A stretch of 64,000 nucleotides of DNA from Terrimicrobiaceae bacterium (lineage in GTDB: Bacteria; Verrucomicrobiota; Verrucomicrobiia; Chthoniobacterales; Terrimicrobiaceae), in contig JBIIPZ010000001.1 in assembly GCA_044342325.1 (NCBI GenBank), positions 64,001-128,000 of the forward strand. Direction: 5' to 3'. Positions 1 to 8,995 of the stretch are shown piece after piece. The notes below the pieces were generated by a model. That model worked only from the letters and a program-made list of their open reading frames with translations, made no database searches and was not told the origin of the DNA. The translations under genes were made by a program, and so were the position numbers. Positions within the stretch are counted from its first letter, which is position 1. Each line of letters opens with the position of its first letter.

Positions 1-639
1 ATGGCAGGAACCGCTGTCATTGATGCGGGCCACGAGGATGCCGATGACTTCGCCATTCAAATTCAAAACAGGCGCGCCGCCCTCACCGCGATTCACAGCC
101 ATGTTGGCGCGGATGTGGGTGGTGGAAAAATACTGGCCCATGTGCTGGCGGTCGTGGCCGGCGATCATTCCGAAGCTGGCGCTGGAATTCCGATCCTCTG
201 GGAATCCAATCGTAATCACAGGCATCGCAACCTTAGCATTTTCGGAATTGCCGATTCGTATAAACGGGCTGATGCATTCCGTCTTGAGGATGGCGATGCC
301 GCTGCGCTCGTCGGTGGTCACCACGCGGGCTGGCAGGGAGTTTCCATTGAAGGTCACGCTGACATCCTCCGCATTTAAAACGACTCCGGCGTGCGTGTAG
401 ATCATGCCGGTGGGGTCGATGAAAAAACCACTGCCAAGGCGCACGCCAAGTGAGTCGCTGGCCTGCACACGCACAACAGACCTCTGGTTTTCATCAAAAA
501 TTTTCTGAATCTGGCAGGTGATACTTTCCGCCAAATCTGGCCCTGCCGCACGGGCGCGGGGTAGCGTCAATGCAAACAAGGATGCCGCCGTCAAAACGGC
601 CGCGCGCCTGGACAAACTAAAAGCTGCGTGCGGAAGCAT
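1..639 (-). CDS. HtrA/DegP-like trypsin-fold protein, predicted catalytically dead; runs off the window edge
   Basis: Manual translation (not in ORF track): signal-like N-terminus, then GSGFFIDPTGMIYTHAGVV, DERSGIAILK, VITIGFP, NRGEGGAPVLNLNGEVIGI, all HtrA protease-domain motifs. Start is ATG 639 or TTG 615. Confidence 0.85.
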   Translation of the reverse strand, partial: MLPHAAFSLSRRAAVLTAASLFALTLPRARAAGPDLAESITCQIQKIFDENQRSVVRVQASDSLGVRLGSGFFIDPTGMIYTHAGVVLNAEDVSVTFNGNSLPARVVTTDERSGIAILKTECISPFIRIGNSENAKVAMPVITIGFPEDRNSSASFGMIAGHDRQHMGQYFSTTHIRANMAVNRGEGGAPVLNLNGEVIGILVARINDSGSCH

Positions 640-1021
640 AGCTGACCGGTCTCGCAGGAAGGACATATTGCACAGCCGAACCGTTCTTACCCTTCGCGGG
701 GCGTGCCTTGGAATCCAGTTGCACCGCGCCGGATGAGGCCAGCGTGAGGTTTGAAGGCGTGTCGTCATCCGCCCAGTTCATAACAAAAACCGCAGCAAAG
801 ACGGCTGCGGCGAAGGAAGTGGCCATGACAAGCTTTGGGACCGGCGGCATGACAAACATGGAGCAAACACGATCCCAAGCGATATGGAGAAGCGGACGGT
901 GTATCACCTCAGCTCTCTGACGGGCTTGGAACTCAGCCAGGAAGCTTTCGAAGTATTCCTCCGGGGGTTGTTCGTAGCGTTTTAGTCGGAGAAGCTTTGT
1001 AATACTGTCTTCGTTATCCAT
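617..1021 (-). CDS. Probable single-pass anti-sigma factor
   Basis: Directly downstream of ECF sigma; soluble N-terminus (LLRLKRYEQPPEEYFESFL) plus one TM helix (LVMATSFAAAVFAAVFVM). Confidence 0.65.
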   Translation of the reverse strand: MDNEDSITKLLRLKRYEQPPEEYFESFLAEFQARQRAEVIHRPLLHIAWDRVCSMFVMPPVPKLVMATSFAAAVFAAVFVMNWADDDTPSNLTLASSGAVQLDSKARPAKGKNGSAVQYVLPARPVSYASARSF

Positions 1022-1029
1022 ACGGCTTG

Positions 1030-1614
1030 TTACTTATTAATAAACTCCTGAAGGTAATTTTGCAACTGTCGGTGGGCATAAAAGAGGCGTGAGCGCACCG
1101 TGCCCTCCGAAATCTTGAGAACTTTGGAAATCTCTGCGTGTGGCATGCCTTGGATATCAAACATAGTAACGACTGCTCTATGGTCATGTGACAGCTTGAG
1201 CATGGATTCGTTCAGTTTTTTTTGAAGTTCGCTAAGATTTGCTTCGCGGCTGGGGTCGCCATTGCTCGTGGCTTCGATAAAGTCCGGGTCATTGAGGATG
1301 CCGTTGTCCACATCATCAAGGCTCATGGTTTTCCTGCGGTTCCGTTTCTTGAGGAAGTTGATCGCCATGTGCACGGCGATGGTATGCATCCAAGTGTAGA
1401 AAGAGGATTTGCCCTGGAAGCCTTTGATGGAGCGGTAGGCTTTTGAGAAAATATCCTGAAGCAGATCGTTCGTGTCCTCATGGCTCGAAGTCATGTGGTA
1501 GACAAGTCCGTAAAGCCGTGGGCTGAACCTCACGACCAACTCGTCAAACGCACGAGCATCCCCCGCTTGGGTGCGGCGGACGAGTTCGTCATCTGGTGGC
1601 TCGAGCGTTTCCAT
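1030..1614 (-). CDS. ECF RNA polymerase sigma factor (RpoE/SigW-like)
   Basis: DDELVRRTQAGDARAFDELV, FQGKSSFYTWMHTIA, region 4 EISKVLKISEGTVRSRLFYA; ATG 1614 preferred. Confidence 0.93.
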   Translation of the reverse strand: METLEPPDDELVRRTQAGDARAFDELVVRFSPRLYGLVYHMTSSHEDTNDLLQDIFSKAYRSIKGFQGKSSFYTWMHTIAVHMAINFLKKRNRRKTMSLDDVDNGILNDPDFIEATSNGDPSREANLSELQKKLNESMLKLSHDHRAVVTMFDIQGMPHAEISKVLKISEGTVRSRLFYAHRQLQNYLQEFINK

Positions 1615-3217
1615 TTTCAGGCAAGCCCGCACACTTACCAAAATCCTCAGTCTTTGCGGAGAAAAATCGTCCCGTCCGCTCGGGTTGGGGCTGCGATGAG
1701 GTTCCGGTGCGCCAGCCTTCCTGGAGTTCGAGTTTCAGCCAGAGCCAGAGTCCATCGAACGCGGTGCGGAAGAGTTGCCCCAAGCGGAAATTGAATCCTC
1801 CCACCAGATCCCTTTGGCCCTCGTTATGCAGGCCGAAGACTCCGCGCTCGCGGCGATTTCTTCCCATGGCGGCGAGGCGGCGGTTGTAGAAACGCATGAA
1901 CCGGAAAAATGGGCCCGCTTCTTTTGGGGAGAACGGCGGCTTGAGAATCGCCTTCGGGCCGTCTTTGTAGAGAAACCGGACGATGTAGAGATAATAGGTC
2001 ACGATATCGAGGCGGAAGGCGACGCGCATGAGGTCGAGGTCGCCGAGGTAATCGTATTTGTCCTGATAGAGTGCGCCGAACATTCGCTGGTAGCTGATGC
2101 CGAAATCGCGGTTGTGTTTTTCCACAAGAGGTCCCGGTTTTTCACCATCTAGAGATTTTGCGATGAGTTCGACGGCGGCGGATGCCGTGAACGCGATCCA
2201 GTCCATGCCAGGGCTGTAGAGGGGATCGATGAAGGCTGAGGCATCGCCCACAAGCACAAATCCGTCACCCGCGTGGCGCTCCGACCAATACGGCAGGTTC
2301 CTGCGGAAATGCACATCGCCTTCGACGAACTCCGCATCGCGCATCATCACGCGGGCAGCAGGATGTCTTGAGAGGAATCCGCGCAGTTTTTCGCCGACTG
2401 TGCCTTCCTGTTCACTCCAGTCCACCAAGCGCTGGTCTACAACGGCACCGATGCTCACATCGCCGTTTTTCAATTGAATCCACCAAGCCCACCATCCATC
2501 GCCCGCGAAGTGGTTGGTTGCTGTGCCTCGAATGCCAAAAAATCCCTTCTTACTCGAGTCGCTGCTCATTTCGGAGTCGAGCCCATCCCAGTCGCCCGTA
2601 TTCCTCCAGCGGCTCCAAGCGGCAAGTGTGGGGTGGGCTTCGTTGGTATGGAGCCATCCGTTGGCACGCGCCAACTGGGCTTTCACGCCAGAGGCATCGA
2701 CCACCCAGCGGGCTTTGAGGGTTTTTGTCTCGGAGCCGGATTGCACGCGCAGCTCCTGTATTTCCCCCTCCTCAAGTCGCACATCGAGCACCTGTGCGGG
2801 GCGGAGCAACTCGACACCCGCGCCGATCGCGCGGCGCAGAATCTCTTCGTCGAGTTCAGAGCGATCGATTAGGAAGGCGGGAACGGTCGAGAGGTATTTT
2901 CCCCCGAGCTCCGAGCAGTCGGAGGGGGAGCCTTCGGGGTTCTTCGAAAACCAGAACCGCAGACCGTTTTTGGGAATCTGAGTTCGGACGAGATAATTCG
3001 TCAGGCCGAGCATGCGGGTGAGAAAAAATCCGCTGACCTCGGTAGTGGCCTCGCCGACTCGGCGCTTGAAGGCGGTGTTTTTTTCAACCACGAGAATGCG
3101 GAGGGCCGGGTTGCGCCGCTTCAAAAGAAATGCGGTCGAGGCTCCGGACAAGGCGCCGCCTATGACGATCACGTCAAATTGATCCCGCATATCAGGGTCC
3201 GTGTCCATGGCGGTCAA
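1589..3217 (-). CDS. Flavin-dependent halogenase-like FAD oxidoreductase
   Basis: FAD motif DVIVIGGALSG, RRVGE, KNGLRFWF, WWAWWIQL (WxWxIP-like), GDASAFIDPLYSPG. Confidence 0.8.
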   Translation of the reverse strand: MTAMDTDPDMRDQFDVIVIGGALSGASTAFLLKRRNPALRILVVEKNTAFKRRVGEATTEVSGFFLTRMLGLTNYLVRTQIPKNGLRFWFSKNPEGSPSDCSELGGKYLSTVPAFLIDRSELDEEILRRAIGAGVELLRPAQVLDVRLEEGEIQELRVQSGSETKTLKARWVVDASGVKAQLARANGWLHTNEAHPTLAAWSRWRNTGDWDGLDSEMSSDSSKKGFFGIRGTATNHFAGDGWWAWWIQLKNGDVSIGAVVDQRLVDWSEQEGTVGEKLRGFLSRHPAARVMMRDAEFVEGDVHFRRNLPYWSERHAGDGFVLVGDASAFIDPLYSPGMDWIAFTASAAVELIAKSLDGEKPGPLVEKHNRDFGISYQRMFGALYQDKYDYLGDLDLMRVAFRLDIVTYYLYIVRFLYKDGPKAILKPPFSPKEAGPFFRFMRFYNRRLAAMGRNRRERGVFGLHNEGQRDLVGGFNFRLGQLFRTAFDGLWLWLKLELQEGWRTGTSSQPQPERTGRFFSAKTEDFGKCAGLPENGNARATR

Positions 3218-3310
3218 AAATACGCCTGCGTCTGGTATTTAGCAAAGCTTCATCGAGGAGGTGGACGATTTTCCGCAAACGAGCTAAATTCACAGTGACC
3301 TCAATAATTC

Positions 3311-3841
3311 ATGCCGATCTACGAATTCCACTCACCCGATACGAACAAGATTTATTCGTTTTTCGCCCGCAGTCTTTCCTACGCGAGCAAGGTTCCCAAA
3401 TGCCCGGACGATCCGAATGCGCGGATGGAGCGTTTGATTTCGAAGTTCGCCTTCACCGGCCGGGCGAAGGAAAAGTCGGAGACGCCTGCGGGGGATGACA
3501 TGGATCCGCGGATGGAGCGTGTGATGGCCGAGATGGAACGCGACATGGCGGGCATGGATGAGAACAATCCCGATCCCCGCGCGCTGGGCCGAATGATGCG
3601 CAAGATGACTGAGGCAACGGGACAAAAAATGCCTGGCGAGATGGAGCAAATGATCCGCCGCCTCGAGTCTGGTGAGGATCCCGAGAAGCTCGAGGAGGAA
3701 TTTGGTGATGCTTTTGAGGGAATGGATTTTCCCGGCATGGAAGGTGGCGATGGCGAAGAGGCATCTGGCGGCGGCGTGAAAGCCCGCACTCGCCCGGCGG
3801 AGCGTGATCCCGCGCTCTACGAGTTTTCTGACTACCTTTGA
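3311..3841 (+). CDS. FmdB-family zinc-ribbon-like protein with degenerate Cys motif and Met/acidic C-terminus
   Basis: MPIYEF start typical of FmdB family; HSPDT and CPDD replace the CxxC pairs. Confidence 0.7.
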   Translation: MPIYEFHSPDTNKIYSFFARSLSYASKVPKCPDDPNARMERLISKFAFTGRAKEKSETPAGDDMDPRMERVMAEMERDMAGMDENNPDPRALGRMMRKMTEATGQKMPGEMEQMIRRLESGEDPEKLEEEFGDAFEGMDFPGMEGGDGEEASGGGVKARTRPAERDPALYEFSDYL

Positions 3842-4836
3842 GGGGCACTCAAAACAGCTGAGGCGGCGAGTTTGGCTGCCTCGATGGCGTCTTTTGGAGT
3901 GAAAGATTTTTCCGCTAAGGGAGGCGTTGTGAGGTTTTGCGTGCGAATTTCGCCGCCTTGCCAGATCCAGGCTTTTTCGGAAAACGGACCAACGCGACGG
4001 GGATCGCTCCAAGTGTGGATCGATAGTAGGGGAGTCCCGAGTGCGGCGGCTAGGTGCATAGGGCCGCTATCCACGCTCACAACGAAGCTTGCCCGCCGGA
4101 GGATGTCGGTGAGTTCCGCGAGCGTTGTGCGGTTGAGGAGATTCAGAAAACCCGCATCGTTCTCACGGGAGTAGTCGCCCGCGCCGACCAGCACGCAGAG
4201 CGCATTTGAGTGTGTGCGAAAGGTGGCAAGAAAGGCATCGAGGCACTCGTTGTTGAGGGACTTCCCTGCTCCGCGTGAGAAGGGATGAATCACCACGAAG
4301 GGCATGTTTTCAGGGATGGCGCTGCAGGTCTTGTCGGCTGGAAGAATCCACTCGGGCTTTTCTGGAATCGCAATTCCCATCGCTGGGAGGGCGCGCAGGT
4401 AGCGTTGCACGGAGTGCTGGTCTTTTAAAACCGCAACCCGGTCCGTGTAGAAAAATCCTGCCCCCTCGCGGGCGTCCGAGAGTCCCCAGACGCGTTGCGC
4501 ACGGCTGAAGTGCGCCATGAGGCCGCTTCGCAGGAGGCACTGCAAGTCGAGTGCGGCATCCGCTCTCAGTTTGGTGAGACGACGGCACCAAGCGAGGAAT
4601 CGGAGAATGCCCAGAGGCCCCCGAAAATCAGATCTGGGAAAAGGATGCGTCGCGGCGAGTGCGGAATTTTTTTCAAGAAGGGGTTCCCATCGCGGGTCGA
4701 TGATCCAAGTGATGCGTGTTTCCGGCCAGGCGCGGTGAATGGCCGAGGCTACGGGCAGCGCATGGATGACATCGCCCATCGAGCCGGGTTTGATGAAGAG
4801 AAGATTCTCAGGCCTTTGATGGGAAGTTTTGCTCAC
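3832..4836 (-). CDS. GT9 LPS heptosyltransferase (WaaC/WaaF-like)
   Basis: IKPGSMGDVIHALP, LDLQCLLRS, VSVDSGPMHLAAALGTP; GTG 4836 preferred over the longer ORF. Confidence 0.88.
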   Translation of the reverse strand: MSKTSHQRPENLLFIKPGSMGDVIHALPVASAIHRAWPETRITWIIDPRWEPLLEKNSALAATHPFPRSDFRGPLGILRFLAWCRRLTKLRADAALDLQCLLRSGLMAHFSRAQRVWGLSDAREGAGFFYTDRVAVLKDQHSVQRYLRALPAMGIAIPEKPEWILPADKTCSAIPENMPFVVIHPFSRGAGKSLNNECLDAFLATFRTHSNALCVLVGAGDYSRENDAGFLNLLNRTTLAELTDILRRASFVVSVDSGPMHLAAALGTPLLSIHTWSDPRRVGPFSEKAWIWQGGEIRTQNLTTPPLAEKSFTPKDAIEAAKLAASAVLSAPQR

Positions 4837-4855
4837 AGAATGACCAGAGGAAATA

Positions 4856-5578
4856 TCAGCGGCCTTTCTCGAGGCGGGTGGCGAGTTTCTCAGGCAAGCC
4901 GGCGGCGAGTATGGCGGCTTGGGCGCCGCGAAGGTCGTATTCGATCCGGCGCAATTCGACTTCCTGACGCTCGGTGTCGTAGATGCAATAGGCCGCCCGC
5001 CAGTCTGCATCCCTCGGTTGGCCGACGCTGCCGACATTGATGAGATATTTTTGGCTGCGATCGATCGGGAGGATATCGAGCGGAACGGTGCGGAAATCGC
5101 CTTCCTTCATGTAGGCGACGGGAACATGCGTGTGGCCGATGAAGCAAATGCCAGTTCGCTGGTAGCTGAAATTCGCCGCCGCATCGAGTTCGGTGTTTAC
5201 GTAGCCCCACTTGTGAGGGGTGTCGAGCGTGGCGTGGACGATGGTGAAATCGCGCACCAGGCGTTGCATGCGGAGTTCCCGCAACCATTGCATGTCGGCC
5301 GGATTGAGTTGATTTCGGGTCCAGCCCAAGGCCTCCTCCGCGAGGGGATTCAATCCTTCTTGAAAGAACTCCTTCGAGGCTTGCTCGTCGTGGTTGCCTT
5401 TGACCGTGGGGCAATCGAGTTCGCGGATGATGTCCACGCACTCTTTGGGATAGGCACAGTAGCCTACGATATCTCCCATGCAGACATGGTGCGTGACCTC
5501 CTGCTCAGCAGCATCCGCCAAAACAGCATGGAGCGCATGCAGGTTGGCGTGGATATCTCCGAGGATGGCAAATCTCAT
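4856..5578 (-). CDS. Calcineurin-like metallophosphoesterase
   Basis: GDIHAN, GDIVGY, GNHD, GHTH, NVGSVGQPRD. Confidence 0.92.
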   Translation of the reverse strand: MRFAILGDIHANLHALHAVLADAAEQEVTHHVCMGDIVGYCAYPKECVDIIRELDCPTVKGNHDEQASKEFFQEGLNPLAEEALGWTRNQLNPADMQWLRELRMQRLVRDFTIVHATLDTPHKWGYVNTELDAAANFSYQRTGICFIGHTHVPVAYMKEGDFRTVPLDILPIDRSQKYLINVGSVGQPRDADWRAAYCIYDTERQEVELRRIEYDLRGAQAAILAAGLPEKLATRLEKGR

Positions 5579-5585
5579 GGGGTCG

Positions 5586-6359
5586 TCAGTGCTCAGAATT
5601 GGGAACGCCGGACAATACGCGGTCGCTCGCGGGAATATCCAGTTTGTTTTCCATTTGCCGCAGGAGGTTTATGAGCGAGGGGAGGCGCTGTTTCTCGCCC
5701 TCCTCGTAGAGCTTCCGCAGGTAGTCGTAGGCCTCGCGTTCGCGTCCGGGACATTTTGCCATTTCGTATCCGGCGAACCGTGCCGCATATTGCGGAGCAT
5801 CGGGAAATTTTGAGGCTTTTAAAAACTGTTCCGCCGCAGCGCAGTGGTCTTCGACTTTATCCCTTAAAAGAACTCCGAGTTGAATGTGCAACTGGGGACG
5901 GTCGGGGTTGTTCAGAATGCCGCGCTCGAGAAAATCCCTGCCGAGTTGAATGTAGGCGCGCTGGGCGCGGATGCGGAGGGCCTCGCTGGGTTGTTTCTCA
6001 TTCTGGAGCGCGGCGACGCTGGCATTCCACGCCATGTGCCAGGCTGCCATGTCCCAGTAGGGCAGGGAGCGGGGCTGGAGGGTGGTGACGGTTTCAAAAA
6101 GCCCGGCCATTCTTCCCCACTCGGTGTTCTCCCATGCCGTATGGGCTTGAATCCAAAGCAGCGCGGCGAGCGGTGAACGGAATCCGCTGAGCGCGGCGAG
6201 GAAGCCGGCCTGTCCGATGCGTTCGCGGAGATTGATGCTCAGCGTCGTCTTTTGAAAATGGGCGGCCTGGGCTTCGCGCTGAAGCATTGATTGGAGCGGT
6301 AGAACGGCGGCTCCAAAAAGGCAAAGCAAGGCAAGGGCCGCGATTTTCCTGCGGTTCAT
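5586..6359 (-). CDS. Membrane-anchored TPR-like helical protein
   Basis: N-terminal TM/signal, Trp-rich helical repeats (FLERGILNNPD); overlaps the upstream permease by 4 nt. Confidence 0.6.
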   Translation of the reverse strand: MNRRKIAALALLCLFGAAVLPLQSMLQREAQAAHFQKTTLSINLRERIGQAGFLAALSGFRSPLAALLWIQAHTAWENTEWGRMAGLFETVTTLQPRSLPYWDMAAWHMAWNASVAALQNEKQPSEALRIRAQRAYIQLGRDFLERGILNNPDRPQLHIQLGVLLRDKVEDHCAAAEQFLKASKFPDAPQYAARFAGYEMAKCPGREREAYDYLRKLYEEGEKQRLPSLINLLRQMENKLDIPASDRVLSGVPNSEH

Positions 6360-7222
6360 AGTTCCCGACTCGAGAAAACCAGCGCCGACAACGCAAAATA
6401 GACGGCAACATACAAGATGCCCAGACCGGCAGTATTCAGAAAAAGAGCAAGCGGCACGGCGGTTCCAGCGATGATGTCATCCGTGAGGTTGAATGCCTGC
6501 AGATCCGGGAAGAGCAGCGCCACGGCGGCTGCGAGAAGGCGGGACCACCATTCCACATCCAAGCCCGAGAGCCAGTATTCCCTCGCAGTGGATTGCAGGT
6601 GGCCGATGAAATAAAGGGCCGCCGCCATCAGGATGGTGAAAATCGACGAGGTCGCGAAGCTGGATATGAAAAGGGTCAGTGAGGCGAGGAGGGCGGATTT
6701 TATGAAAATAATGGCGATGCCTGGCAGGAGGTTGATGTTGAAAGTGGCATCCGTGACCTCTTTCACAGCCAGCGCAATTTCCTCTGGTGAGGCGCCCTCG
6801 AGTTGGGCGCGCGTTTCCGCAAGAACGGTGCTCTCCCGCAGCCAGAGGGTGGCCAAGAAAAGTGCCGACATGAGCAGGGTGGCACAGGCTAGGAGGGTGA
6901 TGATGCCGAGAAGTTTTCCAAGCAGGTAACGGTAACGCGGCACCGGCTTCGCGAGGAGCGTGTAGATCGTGCGGTCCTCCATGTCCTTGGGTAAAAAATT
7001 CGCCGTCGCCAGGATTGCTATGAGTGAGGTGAAGACCGACATCGCTCCGAGTGAAATGTCCTTCAGCATCTGGAACTGCTCCTGAAACGAGAATTTTGCC
7101 ATGAAGGCAGAGTTCCCAATAATCAGAAGGGCAAAAATCAGGAGGAAAAAGAATACCTTCTGGCGGACAAGTTCCGTGAATGTATTTCGTGCAATCGCAA
7201 GAGTGGCACCTGTGCTTTTCAT
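6356..7222 (-). CDS. ABC-2 type permease (PilI-like)
   Basis: IARNTFTELVRQK, EDRTIYTLLAKPVPRYRYLLGKLLG, multiple TMs, C-terminal FSSREL. Confidence 0.85.
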   Translation of the reverse strand: MKSTGATLAIARNTFTELVRQKVFFFLLIFALLIIGNSAFMAKFSFQEQFQMLKDISLGAMSVFTSLIAILATANFLPKDMEDRTIYTLLAKPVPRYRYLLGKLLGIITLLACATLLMSALFLATLWLRESTVLAETRAQLEGASPEEIALAVKEVTDATFNINLLPGIAIIFIKSALLASLTLFISSFATSSIFTILMAAALYFIGHLQSTAREYWLSGLDVEWWSRLLAAAVALLFPDLQAFNLTDDIIAGTAVPLALFLNTAGLGILYVAVYFALSALVFSSREL

Positions 7223-7968
7223 TTGCCGAAGGCTGTGCCCACATCCTTGCCGGCCAGGGCGTCTTGCATGCGGTTGGGAATCCTGCCGTCGATGATATGG
7301 CAGGTAATATCAGCCGAGATGGCTTTGCGGACGGCTTCGAGCTTCGTCTTCATGCCGCCGGTGGATTCCTCGCCCTTGTCCGGGCGCACGAAGCGGAATG
7401 CCTCGGCGATGCTGCGAACGCGCGGCACCCGCTGGCCGTCGTGATCCATGAGCCCGTCAGTGCTGGTGAGGATGATCAATCGGTCGGCCTGAATGAGTGT
7501 GGCCACCTCAGAGGAAAGGCGGTCATTGTCGCCGAAGCGGAGTTCCTCGACGGCGACGGAGTCGTTTTCATTGATGATTGGAATGACGCCGTGCTCAATG
7601 AGGCGGTCGAGGGTGTTCCGGGCATTTTCGCGATGCATCAGGCTGTCGATGTCGCCGTGTGTGAGTAGAAGCTGTGCGACATTGAGGCCGTGTTTTTTGA
7701 AAGATGCCGTGTAGAGGCGCATCAACTCGGGCTGCCCCGCCGCCGCGCACGCTTGCTTCCCTGGGAGGTCGTCCGGGCGTTTTTTAAGCTTCAAAACCCG
7801 AACGCCCGCCGCGATGGCAGCGCTGCTGACCATGATGCATGCGTAGCCTTCATTTTGGAGTTCCGTGATTTCTGCCGAGAGGCGCGTGAATTGTGCCTGG
7901 TCGAGGGACTTTCCCCCGGGGGAGGACAGCACGCCTGTGCCGAGTTTGATGACGAGTCGCTTCTTCAT
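7219..7968 (-). CDS. proB: Glutamate 5-kinase, without PUA domain
   Basis: VIKLGT, VSSAAIAAG, KQACAAAGQ, IPIINENDSV, FGDNDRLS, TGGMKTK. Confidence 0.95.
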   Translation of the reverse strand: MKKRLVIKLGTGVLSSPGGKSLDQAQFTRLSAEITELQNEGYACIMVSSAAIAAGVRVLKLKKRPDDLPGKQACAAAGQPELMRLYTASFKKHGLNVAQLLLTHGDIDSLMHRENARNTLDRLIEHGVIPIINENDSVAVEELRFGDNDRLSSEVATLIQADRLIILTSTDGLMDHDGQRVPRVRSIAEAFRFVRPDKGEESTGGMKTKLEAVRKAISADITCHIIDGRIPNRMQDALAGKDVGTAFGK

Positions 7969-8924
7969 GGGTGGGCAATCATTTGGAGAAAACCGCTCTC
8001 GAGGGCAAGCGCCTCCTGCACACCGGCAGAGAGCATACGGCGGGTGCGTTCGAGCGCATCGAGGCGCTTGAGGAGAGTCTTCGGGTCATTCGCCTCCGCA
8101 ATGCGTTGGATGTTCGGCGGGCAATCCTCAGTAGGGCGGACTTTTTGCCGGAGGGCGGCGGCGAGAACCGCGCCGAGGGCGGCGAGAAAACGCCCACGCT
8201 CGCGCAGGACTGTGGACTCCCCTTGTGCCTTGATTTGATCCTCGCGGGTGTCTTTCCAGGTTTTATCGATCGAGTCGCGGTATTGCTTCAGCTGATCCTT
8301 GAACTCGGATTCGAGTCCCTCGGTGGCCTGCTCGCGGATCCCAGCCATGGCCGCTTGGAAGAGGCGTGTGAAGCGCAGGGCTGTTCCGGCGTCCGGGCCT
8401 CCATTTTGCAGGAGGGCTTTCTCAAAGGCGCCGCTGATGGATGCCGTGTGCTCGTCCTGCACGGTTTCCATTGGCGATTGAAGTGGAACAGTGATGCAGC
8501 GCGAGAGAATCGTTGTAAGCACGGCGTCGCGGAGAGTCGTGGTGAGGAGGATGTGCGAGCCGGTGGGAGGCTCTTCCAATGTCTTGAGAAAAGCATTCGC
8601 GGCCTGGGGTTGGAGTCGGTCGGCATCATGGATCACCGCCACCTTGTTTCCACCTGCCAGCGGCTTCATGTGCAAGGCCTGCTCGAGTTCGCGGATTTGG
8701 TCGGTAACGATGCGGCGGGATTTCGACTCCGGCGCGGCTTGGTGGAAATCGGGATGAGCCGACACATTCTCGGGACTTGTTCCAAGAATGGTTGCCGCGA
8801 GATGCGATGCGAGCCATTCGCAACCAGAGCCCGGGGGCCCTGACAGCAGGTAGGCATGGGCAAGCCGTCCCGCGTTGCGGGCTTCGATCAGTCGCTCAAG
8901 TGCTCTCTCCTTGGGAAGGGCCAT
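7965..8924 (-). CDS. holB: DNA polymerase III delta-prime subunit
   Basis: RLAHAYLLSGPPG, HPDF, AANAFLKTLEEPP, TILSRC. Confidence 0.9.
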   Translation of the reverse strand: MALPKERALERLIEARNAGRLAHAYLLSGPPGSGCEWLASHLAATILGTSPENVSAHPDFHQAAPESKSRRIVTDQIRELEQALHMKPLAGGNKVAVIHDADRLQPQAANAFLKTLEEPPTGSHILLTTTLRDAVLTTILSRCITVPLQSPMETVQDEHTASISGAFEKALLQNGGPDAGTALRFTRLFQAAMAGIREQATEGLESEFKDQLKQYRDSIDKTWKDTREDQIKAQGESTVLRERGRFLAALGAVLAAALRQKVRPTEDCPPNIQRIAEANDPKTLLKRLDALERTRRMLSAGVQEALALESGFLQMIAHP

Positions 8925-8995
8925 GGGATAGGAAATCTCGCGAAAACGGCGGCATCCGTCGAATCAAATTCCGCCCTGCCCGTGACTGCGAAGGC

